Part shown: one piece after another, positions 10,001 through 18,072 of the stretch
Layout of the letters: every line of letters starts with the position of its first letter
Numbering within the stretch: position 1 is the stretch's first letter
Sequence record: SRR31156797_2307
Reading direction: 5' to 3' (one strand)
DNA length: 20,000 nucleotides
Notes under the pieces: generated by a model
The model's input: only the letters and a program-made list of their open reading frames with translations
Told to the model about the DNA's origin: nothing
Databases searched by the model: none
Translations under genes and position numbers: made by a program

Positions 10001-11089
10001 ATGAAAGTATTGTTAAATGGATCTCAATTATGCGACACTAATTCAGGTGTACAATATTACTGTAAGCATCTTTTTAATTCATTCCAAAATTTAAATGAAC
10101 AAGGTATAACGATTAATTTGTATAGGAGAACCTTAATTGAAAAACATAAGTATTTGTTTCGATTAATTAATAATAGTCGGATATTAAGAATAGTTAAAGA
10201 AAATTTGTCATTACCTATTTTTTTGAAAAGAAATCGTTTTGATTTATATCATTCACCTAATTATGTTCTTCCGTTGTATTGTAGAATAAATTCTGTTGTT
10301 ACTGTCCACGATCTAATTACATTTGATTTTCCTAGATATTGCAAAATAGAATCTGTAATTTATTTTAGATTATTTCTTCCAATTAGTTTAAAGAAGGCCA
10401 ATACAGTAATAGTTGTGTCTAATAAAACAAAGCAAGACATTTTAAAAAGGTTTAAAATATCAGGAGAGAAAATTGAAGTTGTCCACCTAGGTATTTCCTC
10501 AATTTATAGGAAAGTAATAAAGCCAAGTATATTAACAAAATATGATATTCCTTCAAAGTATATTCTCTTTGTTGGAAATATAGAGCCTAAAAAGAATTTA
10601 GTAAGATTGATTAATGCATATTACAAAATTTACTTAAAAAGAGAAATTACTCACAAACTTGTAATTGTAGGAAAAAGAGGTTGGAAATGTAACGATGTAT
10701 TTAAAACTGTTAAAGATCTTAAGCTTGAAAATTATGTGATTTTTACAGGGTATATTCCAGAAAGAGATATGCCTGTATTATATTCTATGGCTGATTTATT
10801 TGCTTTCCCTTCTTTATATGAAGGTTTTGGTATTCCTCCGTTAGAAGCAATGGCATGCGAAACTCCGGTCCTTACATCAAATGCCGGTGCATTACCTGAA
10901 ACTACAGGAGGAAATTGTTTAATGGTTGATCCATATAATATAGATCAAATTGCAGATGGCATATACGCTTTATTAACAAATAATAAAATACGAATGGAAT
11001 ATATTGAAAAGGGAAAGATGTGGTCATTGAAATTTGATTGGAAGAAAACGGCAAAAAATACATTGGATATCTATAAAAAAGTTAAATAA
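10001..11089 (+). CDS. Glycosyltransferase family 4 (MtfB/WbaZ mannosyltransferase-like)
   Basis: SGVQYY, VTVHDL, VGNIEPKKNL, FPSLYEGFGIPPLEAMAC. Confidence 0.93.
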   Translation: MKVLLNGSQLCDTNSGVQYYCKHLFNSFQNLNEQGITINLYRRTLIEKHKYLFRLINNSRILRIVKENLSLPIFLKRNRFDLYHSPNYVLPLYCRINSVVTVHDLITFDFPRYCKIESVIYFRLFLPISLKKANTVIVVSNKTKQDILKRFKISGEKIEVVHLGISSIYRKVIKPSILTKYDIPSKYILFVGNIEPKKNLVRLINAYYKIYLKREITHKLVIVGKRGWKCNDVFKTVKDLKLENYVIFTGYIPERDMPVLYSMADLFAFPSLYEGFGIPPLEAMACETPVLTSNAGALPETTGGNCLMVDPYNIDQIADGIYALLTNNKIRMEYIEKGKMWSLKFDWKKTAKNTLDIYKKVK

Positions 11090-11155
11090 TTAGTTCATAT
11101 ACAGTATGGACTAGTTGTAAATTCGTGTATTTAGATAGTAAACTAACATTATAAA

Positions 11156-12703
11156 ATGAAGCAATATCTATTGAAAATTAAATTTTTATGTACCAACACA
11201 ATTCTTAAATCATCAGCAGGAGTTTTGCTAATTACACTTTTTGTGAAATTGTTTGGTTATGCAGAAAAATTGATTTTGGCTAAATACTTTGGTACTAGTG
11301 ATCAGGTTGATGTTTACTTATTAGTTTTGACTATAGTATTAAGTATATTTTACTTTTTTAGGGAGGTGATTGAACCAGGGGTTTTAAATGTTTTTCTTAA
11401 ATGTATTGGAAACAATAAAGAAACGGAAGCATGGGTTATTTTTAATAAAGTTTTTCAATTGATCTTAGGATTAACAATTGCTTTGAGTTTTATAGCTATA
11501 TTATTTCCACAATTATTTACTAGTGTCTTTGCACCTGGATTTGAAGGTGAAAAATTATTACTTGTTAACCAATTAGTCCCAATAGTTATTCCTGCTGGAA
11601 TATTTCTTTCCTTATCGACCTTAACTAGTATAACCCTTAATGGACTTAAGTTATTTGTATTGCCAGCTTCAGGAGAACTTGCTTTTAAAGGAGCAATTGT
11701 TATTTGTATGATTTTATTTTATAAGGAATACGGAATTGTAGGAGCGAGTATAGGTATTGTCTTAGGCTCAATTGGAAAATTAGTTGTTCACATAACTAAA
11801 TTATATAAAAAAGTTACATTTCGTAGAGTTAAAATCAACGCCAAGTATAAAAAACAGATCTGGCAACTAACATGGCCTCTTCTAGTTGGAGTGAGTTTTT
11901 CGCAATTAAGCGGATTAGTTGATAATATTTTTGCATCTTATCTTCAAGAAGGAGCCATTGCAGCATTGAGTTATGCAAAAAAAGTTGTTGAATTACCTGT
12001 TATATTATTTCCCTACGTTATAAGCATAGTTATTTTTCCATTTTTTACTCAGTTATCTGTGGAAAAACAAACCTTTAAATTAAATAAACTTTTGTTAGAC
12101 TCATTAAAGTGGATTGTTATAGCTTTTATTCCTATTTCGATATTTTTTGTTATTTATTCAAGGCCAATCATTGAGATTGTTTTTCAGCGAGGTGCATTTG
12201 ATGTAAATTCCACATTGTTAACTGCAGATCCGTTTCTTATATATTCTACAGGACTAGTTTTTTTTGCAATAGAAACGATTCTTGTAGTTTTCTATTATTC
12301 GAAAGCAGATACTATTACTCCTGTCTTTGTAGGAATAGTTTGTGTGATTATAAATATATTGTTAACATGGATATTTATTCAATATATGGAGTACTTAGGA
12401 ATTGCAATAGCCTTTGTTGTTCAAAAGTGTATTAAAAATATAGTGTTATTATTTCTTTTAAAACGTAAAATTACTATTGCAAATCAAGGTCTTTGGAGAA
12501 AGTTATTTAAAATTATTATTGGATCAACCATATTCGCATTTTTTGTTGTTATAAGCAAATTGTTGTATATGAATCTGGAAATTAGTCTCTTGTTAAAGTT
12601 AAGTACAATGGGATTATTTTTCATAATATCTGGATTAATTTATATTGTCGTTTTGGTTTATCTTAATGTAATAGATTTTCGTATAGTAGGCCAAAACGAG
12701 TAA
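11156..12703 (+). CDS. murJ: MurJ/MviN-family (MOP superfamily) flippase paralogue
   Basis: About 14 TM segments; FAPGF, VDNIFASYL..GAIAALSYA...ELP, FQRGAFD, DTITPV motifs. It sits among GT4 genes, so it is probably not the housekeeping copy. Confidence 0.85.
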   Translation: MKQYLLKIKFLCTNTILKSSAGVLLITLFVKLFGYAEKLILAKYFGTSDQVDVYLLVLTIVLSIFYFFREVIEPGVLNVFLKCIGNNKETEAWVIFNKVFQLILGLTIALSFIAILFPQLFTSVFAPGFEGEKLLLVNQLVPIVIPAGIFLSLSTLTSITLNGLKLFVLPASGELAFKGAIVICMILFYKEYGIVGASIGIVLGSIGKLVVHITKLYKKVTFRRVKINAKYKKQIWQLTWPLLVGVSFSQLSGLVDNIFASYLQEGAIAALSYAKKVVELPVILFPYVISIVIFPFFTQLSVEKQTFKLNKLLLDSLKWIVIAFIPISIFFVIYSRPIIEIVFQRGAFDVNSTLLTADPFLIYSTGLVFFAIETILVVFYYSKADTITPVFVGIVCVIINILLTWIFIQYMEYLGIAIAFVVQKCIKNIVLLFLLKRKITIANQGLWRKLFKIIIGSTIFAFFVVISKLLYMNLEISLLLKLSTMGLFFIISGLIYIVVLVYLNVIDFRIVGQNE

Positions 12704-12806
12704 GATTATTTTTCGTAATAGGGTTGTGTTGAAAATATTATGTTTGTATCATTTTATAGGAACTAATGCTCAAATCATAGAACCAATTAAAGATTTATTC
12801 AAATAA

Positions 12807-13997
12807 ATGAAAATTGTATTCATAATTGAAAGGTTTCCGTCTCCTACAGAATATTTTATACTAAATGAAATATTACTATTAGAAAAATATAATTATGATA
12901 TTCAAATAGTAGCATTAAGAAAACAGAAAAAATTTCCGAATATACCAGATTTAAAGAAACTTAAAGCTGAAATTCATTATATACCTTTATTTCATTTTTA
13001 CTTCCCAATTGTATCAATTCTGCGTTCTCTTAAATGCTTAATAGCTTTCTTATTTTCGATAGATAACTCTATTGTACGTTATAATTTTAAATTTTTAAAA
13101 TCAATACGATATTTTGGAATTAGTCAATATTTGGCTAAAAGAGTATTGTCTTGTGATCATATACACGCACATTTTGCTTTTATTCCTATTGATATAGCTT
13201 ATTATCTTTCAAAAGAACTTAAAGTAGACTATAGTGTAACTGTTCACTCTCAAGATATTTATACAAATGCAGATAAAATTAAGGAACATCTTCCTAGATT
13301 AAAATTTCTTATTACGTGTACTGAATACAATAGAAGCTTTTTAAATTTCATTACATCTAATAGTTATAGGAGTAAAATACATAGAGTATATCACGGTATC
13401 AATCTTGAAAAATGGTTATTACCAAATTCAAATTTCAAGCGTACTGGTAAAATACAATTATTAACTATTGCTCGACTTGTTGAGAAGAAAGGCCTGGTTT
13501 ACTTAATTCATGCTATAGAAGGCCTTGTAAAGTGTGGGATCAGTGTAAATTGTTTGATAATTGGAGAAGGTCAACTACAAAGTAAATTAGAGGATATAAT
13601 TGCAATAAAGAAATTGAATAAATTTATTAATATAGTTCCTTTTGTTTCTCAGAATGAATTGAAATCGTATTATAGGAAAGCAGACTTCTTTATACTTCCA
13701 TCTATTATTAGTTCAAATGGAGATAGGGATGGACTCCCAAATGTAATAGTAGAGGCAATGATATGTGGTGTTCCTGTTATTTCAACGCCTGTTTCTGCTA
13801 TTCCAGAGGTAATAAAGCATAAAGAAACAGGAATTCTTGTCAAATCTATGAGTTCGCAGTCTATAATCGAAGGTATTAAATGGTTAATAGAAAACCCAGA
13901 GTTAAGCCAACAAATAGCAGAAAATGCAAAAAAGTTAATAAAGAAAAAGTTGGATATAAATACCTGCATTATGGATTTTGTAGAAATCTTAAAATAA
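12807..13997 (+). CDS. Glycosyltransferase family 4 (WcaL/AmsK-like)
   Basis: FPSPTEYFILNEI, HIHAHFA, ARLVEKKG, GDRDGLPNVIVEAM. Confidence 0.92.
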   Translation: MKIVFIIERFPSPTEYFILNEILLLEKYNYDIQIVALRKQKKFPNIPDLKKLKAEIHYIPLFHFYFPIVSILRSLKCLIAFLFSIDNSIVRYNFKFLKSIRYFGISQYLAKRVLSCDHIHAHFAFIPIDIAYYLSKELKVDYSVTVHSQDIYTNADKIKEHLPRLKFLITCTEYNRSFLNFITSNSYRSKIHRVYHGINLEKWLLPNSNFKRTGKIQLLTIARLVEKKGLVYLIHAIEGLVKCGISVNCLIIGEGQLQSKLEDIIAIKKLNKFINIVPFVSQNELKSYYRKADFFILPSIISSNGDRDGLPNVIVEAMICGVPVISTPVSAIPEVIKHKETGILVKSMSSQSIIEGIKWLIENPELSQQIAENAKKLIKKKLDINTCIMDFVEILK

Positions 13998-14068
13998 GCA
14001 ATTTCTTTATATAGTTAAACGTGTTAGTATCTTTTCTGTAAAGAGATTTTCAATTCTAATAAATTAAG

Positions 14069-15220
14069 GTGAAAAGGGTAAAGATTTTATATGGGTTAGA
14101 GGCAGTTGGAGGCGGTGCTCTAAAGCATCTCGTTTATCTTGTAACCAATTTAGATAGAGCATGTTTTGATATAACTATTATATTGACAAACAAAAGGAAT
14201 GAAGATGCTAATGAATATATAGAGATACTAAGAAAATCAGAAGTAAAGCTTTTGTTTTATCCGATTTCAAAGAACATTAATATTATAAGTGACGCTATAA
14301 TAGTAAGTAGACTGGTTCTCTTTATCAAAAAAGAAAGATTCGACATTGTTCATGCTCACAGTTCTAAGGCTGGAGGTGTGTTTAGAATAGCATCATTTAT
14401 ATCTGGTGTTAAAAACATCTTATATACCCCGCATTGTTTTTATTACCTTGGGTTATCCGGTATAAAGAGGAAACTGTTTGTTCATATAGAAAAGTTTCTT
14501 GGTAATTTGACAACTTATGTAATTATTTCAGAGGGAGAGTTCAAAGAGACTGCTCGAAACCAAATTGTAGCAGAAAACTCTATATTAACAATTAATAATG
14601 CTATTAATTTTAATCTAAACAAACAAAACTCTCTAATAAATGATACTATGAATAAATATAACTTGGTAGGAAGTAAATTTATAGTAGGAGCAATTGGAAG
14701 GTTAACATATCAGAAGGACTGGAAAACTTATATTTTTGCTGCGAACGAAGTTCTTAAAACTCATAAAGATATTATCTTTTTAATAGTAGGAGACGGAGAA
14801 TTAAAGAATGATATCCAGAACTTAATTTTAAAGTTAAAATTGGAAGAAAGTATTATTTTAACTGGGTATGTGGAAAAAATACATGAAATATATGGAATGA
14901 TTGATGTATTAGTAAATACATCAATTTGGGAAGGGCTTCCTTATGTTATTTTAGAAGCAATGAATTACAAACGTCCAGTAGTTGCAACGGATGTGAAAAA
15001 TAAATCCGTTGTTAGAAATGGTAAAAGCGGGTTTACTGTTCCGATTAAAGATTATAAAACAACTGCAAGTAGAATATGTGAATTAATTGATGATAGAGAT
15101 AGAGTTATCAAAATGGGAAATGAAGGCTATAATATACTTATAAAGAAATATTCTTTTGAAAAATTTGTCCAAAAGCATTCAGATCTTTATAAAAGTTTAG
15201 GAAAAAAGATCATTTATTGA
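14069..15220 (+). CDS. Glycosyltransferase family 4
   Basis: VGGGALKH, VHAHSSKAG, YTPH, IGRLTYQK, WEGLPYVILEAM; GTG start. Confidence 0.92.
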   Translation: MKRVKILYGLEAVGGGALKHLVYLVTNLDRACFDITIILTNKRNEDANEYIEILRKSEVKLLFYPISKNINIISDAIIVSRLVLFIKKERFDIVHAHSSKAGGVFRIASFISGVKNILYTPHCFYYLGLSGIKRKLFVHIEKFLGNLTTYVIISEGEFKETARNQIVAENSILTINNAINFNLNKQNSLINDTMNKYNLVGSKFIVGAIGRLTYQKDWKTYIFAANEVLKTHKDIIFLIVGDGELKNDIQNLILKLKLEESIILTGYVEKIHEIYGMIDVLVNTSIWEGLPYVILEAMNYKRPVVATDVKNKSVVRNGKSGFTVPIKDYKTTASRICELIDDRDRVIKMGNEGYNILIKKYSFEKFVQKHSDLYKSLGKKIIY

Positions 15221-15934
15221 TTAGAAATAAGTAAAAATGAAGTCATAAAACTGGGTTATGATAGATATTTACCCTTTCCTGCAAATACAGTCTAACCTCT
15301 TATCAAACACCTGTAAAATAGACATTTTTATTTGATTATGATTAGGTAGTTTTCCTTTTATTATTTCATTTTTAATTATGCCAGGCTTTTCGGTCGGTGT
15401 ATACCAATGTATTACGGTTTAACCTTAATAAGGTATATAAATATTGAAAAGGAGAGCCAAAGTTTTCAACTTTTGCATATATGCCACCATATTAGTACTT
15501 TCTTTTGGTTCAAGAAGTTATCTTCAACATGTTTTGTTAGGGTGAATTAATGCAAAACAATAGACTTTTAGTGTTGCCAAAGTTATATTGTTATGTGAAT
15601 GTAGGGCAAAAATCAGGAACAGGCTCATGATATTGTGCAGCACCATGATAAACCAGAAGGGCGCTACTGTAGGCCTAATATATTTTTAGGCAAAAGTTCT
15701 CAATCCCAAAATATTGTTTTAGTTCTTTGGTTCTGTTTTCGCAATCGGATCTTGGTTCGTGTGTTGTAAAGATTCTAAATTGCATCTAGAGTAAGGTTTA
15801 AGTTGGTGACTTAACAATCGTATCTGCAATCAGGTAGATCATCAGAAAGTTATTCTCATGAGAACAGTAGAATATTATTTTCTTTAATTATTATTTTTAT
15901 AAGGTGTCGTAATACTAATAACAAAAGGGAAATT

Positions 15935-16391
15935 ATGGATATATTTGACACTCCTTATGAAATAGAGCAGTCAATGATTACTATTCATACATTATTGGAT
16001 TCAATTGCCAAGAAAGGTGATGTGATTGGTTATTTCTTTGACTCAAAGAATTCTCTCTTTATTAATGGAAAAAAACAATTTGATTTAACTGATAGTTTTA
16101 AAGTAAAGAACCATTATACTTCAGATAATGGTTATTGCAAAGTTCAATGTTGGGATACTAAATAAAGCAATATTATTACAGAGGAACTTAATTTATGGTG
16201 GCTATTATGATAAAATCTTTGAAATATTCTTGTACAATTATAAACCTGCAGAGGAAAATAGATATGAAAACCTATTGTATTTAACGGTTAATCATAAGCA
16301 GGACACAATTGTATCTAATAATGCAACAGAAAAATTAGTTCAAATTGATAGGATTAAGAATATTTCCCTAGTAAAACCTATAAGTTATTGA
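15935..16391 (+). pseudogene. Probable frameshifted hypothetical gene (ORFs 15935-16165 and 16128-16391)
   Basis: Two short overlapping ORFs in adjacent frames with protein-like composition. The second frame is open only after a stop at 16104-16106, which places any shift at 16107-16165. Confidence 0.4.
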
Positions 16392-16564
16392 TTGTGTATT
16401 TGTCAATAAAATAAATAGAATTAAATAATTCCAGCAGCAATGCTGTGATTTTCTTTTATCTTTTCTTCCACATATCAGGATCCATCCTAGTGTACGAAAC
16501 TGCCGAGATACCAGTAAGTGCTATATTGGTTTCTGTGTAATGTATAATCTGTAAATAAAATAAG

Positions 16565-16601
16565 AAGAGCTGCATCTATAAAAAAGTTGCAGCTCTTTTT
16601 T
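16565..16601 (+). terminator. Intrinsic terminator, possibly bidirectional
   Basis: 10-bp stem AAGAGCTGCA (16565-16574) / TGCAGCTCTT (16588-16597) followed by a T run, with A-rich sequence upstream. Confidence 0.7.
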
Positions 16602-16683
16602 GATATCTAGGGAGCAAAGTATTTTGAGCCACAAACTTATCAAATGTAGTAATAGATATGGTATGTTTGTTCCACTCTTTATA

Positions 16684-16803
16684 TGTTCTATTAAACCCGG
16701 GTTTTATGATACATTCCTCAAAAATGCTATAACAATTTATGCTCAAGTCTCAATAATTAGTAACTTTAATGTGTTTCACGGTTTTACTTTATTTTAAACA
16801 CAT
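16684..16803. promoter_or_regulatory. Putative res site / resolvase binding subsites
   Basis: Imperfect 30-bp inverted repeat TGTTCTATTAAACCCGGGTTTTATGATACA (16684-16713) and ATGTGTTT-N19-AAACACAT (16769-16803) abutting the resolvase ATG. Confidence 0.55.
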
Positions 16804-17385
16804 ATGAAAGTAGGATATGCAAGAGTGTCTACAAAAGATCAAAAATTAGAAATGCAGACCGAAGCTTTGGAAAAAGCCGGTTGTGAGAAAATATTTAAGG
16901 AAACTAAAAGTGCTGTTAAGGAACGACCTGAATTAAAAAATATGTTGGATCATCTTCGCGAAGGTGATGTTGTTATTGTTTGGAAATTGGATAGATTAGG
17001 AAGATCTCTTAAACATTTAATTGATTTGGTTTCTGGATTTCGGGAAAATGGGATTGAGTTTATTAGTTTGAATGATAGTATTGATACTACCACTGCGCAA
17101 GGACGATTGACCTTTAATATCTTCGCCAGCTTCGCAGAATTTGAACGTGAGATTATTCGGGAAAGAACTTTGGCCGGACTCCAAGCAGCCAGAGAACGTG
17201 GTCGCATTGGTGGTAGAAAGAAAGGCTTGTCTCAAGATGCAAAGAAAACAGCTTTTGCTTGCTATCAATTATGGATGGATCACTCCCGGTCTGTTTCTGA
17301 AATACTCAAAATTGTTAATGTTAGCAAGGCTACTTTTTATAGGTACATTGATTGGGTGAAGAAGGAGAATGAGAAGAATAACTGA
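16804..17385 (+). CDS. Serine recombinase, resolvase/invertase family
   Basis: GYARVST (catalytic Ser), VWKLDRLGRSL, IDTTTAQGRL, FAEFEREII.ERT.AGL.AAR.RGR.GGR, C-terminal HTH VSKATFYRY. Confidence 0.97.
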   Translation: MKVGYARVSTKDQKLEMQTEALEKAGCEKIFKETKSAVKERPELKNMLDHLREGDVVIVWKLDRLGRSLKHLIDLVSGFRENGIEFISLNDSIDTTTAQGRLTFNIFASFAEFEREIIRERTLAGLQAARERGRIGGRKKGLSQDAKKTAFACYQLWMDHSRSVSEILKIVNVSKATFYRYIDWVKKENEKNN

Positions 17386-17451
17386 GTTAAAATATGTTAA
17401 TCAACATTACATTGTTTAGAATAAAAATATACACCAGATTTTAACTAGCGT

Positions 17452-17790
17452 ATGAAAACAAACAACCAAAGAGGCCGAATCGAAATAATAGACTATGAGC
17501 TATCTCGTAAAAGTTATATAAGCACTAAAGATTTAATAAAATCCATAGAAGAAAAACTTGACGTTACTTTTAATGCAAGAACAATTCAGAAGGATATAGA
17601 ATTAATGAAAAGAGATGCACCAATCGGCTATAATGCACCAATAAAATTCAATCCAAGTAAAAAGGCATGGTATTATGAGAACCCAGGGCAACTAAGACTT
17701 GAATTATATTCAGCTACTTCCTTAATAAAAAACATCATGTTTGCTATTTGCAAACTATTATTTAGTATGTTTGTTATATGCAAACTTTAA
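17452..17790 (+). CDS. Winged-HTH protein resembling the N-terminus of WYL-domain regulators; truncated or stand-alone
   Basis: RIEIID..L......DL...IEEKL....RTIQKDIELMK...GYNAPI......YYENP matches Bacteroidota WYL regulator N-termini. No WYL domain follows. Confidence 0.65.
   Translation: MKTNNQRGRIEIIDYELSRKSYISTKDLIKSIEEKLDVTFNARTIQKDIELMKRDAPIGYNAPIKFNPSKKAWYYENPGQLRLELYSATSLIKNIMFAICKLLFSMFVICKL
17737..17786. promoter_or_regulatory. Tandem palindromic operator pair overlapping a probable promoter
   Basis: ATGTTTGCTATTTGCAAACT (17737-17756) and ATGTTTGTTATATGCAAACT (17767-17786): 18/20 identical, 30-bp period, GTTTG(C/T)-N5-GCAAAC. TATGTTTG at 17766-17773 fits the Bacteroidota -7 box. 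Confidence 0.7.
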
Positions 17791-17793
17791 TAA

Positions 17794-18072
17794 ATGAATA
17801 AATTTAAAGCAAAAATACAGGAGTTAAAAAAAGAAGCTCAAAAAAAAAGTGAACTGGAGAATATAAATTCTGATTGGATAAAGAATAAAATGGAGTTTTT
17901 GGGTTTATCTCAACAAACACTCCAGGATGATTTGCAAATTGATAAATCAAGTATCTCTCTTCTCTTATCTGGTAAACAGAATTTGAGTAAGAGAACAAAA
18001 GCCGCTTTTTTCTATTACCTAGCTTATAAAGAACAGTGTAAAATCAATACAGGATTGTTAATCGAAAAGTAA
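17794..18072 (+). CDS. XRE/Cro-C1-type HTH protein
   Basis: WIKNKMEFLGLSQQTLQDDLQIDKSSISLLLSGKQNLS; stop overlaps the Fic start (TAATG). Confidence 0.75.
   Translation: MNKFKAKIQELKKEAQKKSELENINSDWIKNKMEFLGLSQQTLQDDLQIDKSSISLLLSGKQNLSKRTKAAFFYYLAYKEQCKINTGLLIEK

Noticed and set aside
13670-13969. 99-aa minus-strand ORF
   Set aside because: Antisense to a conserved GT4 C-terminal domain.
16069-16075. A7 run as the slippage site for the split ORF
   Set aside because: The downstream frame has a stop at 16104-16106, so a shift here would not join the two ORFs.
16600-16797. 65-aa ORF upstream of the resolvase
   Set aside because: TTG start inside the terminator T run, and it covers the res-like repeats; probably non-coding.
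16950-17359. Alternative ORFs 16950-17207, 17017-17268 and 17141-17359
   Set aside because: Overlap the unambiguous resolvase gene.
17737-17786. Mini-CRISPR reading of the 20-bp repeat pair
   Set aside because: Only two units with a 10-bp spacer and no cas genes; an operator fits better.
17804-17998. 64-aa minus-strand ORF
   Set aside because: Antisense to the XRE gene; no motifs.
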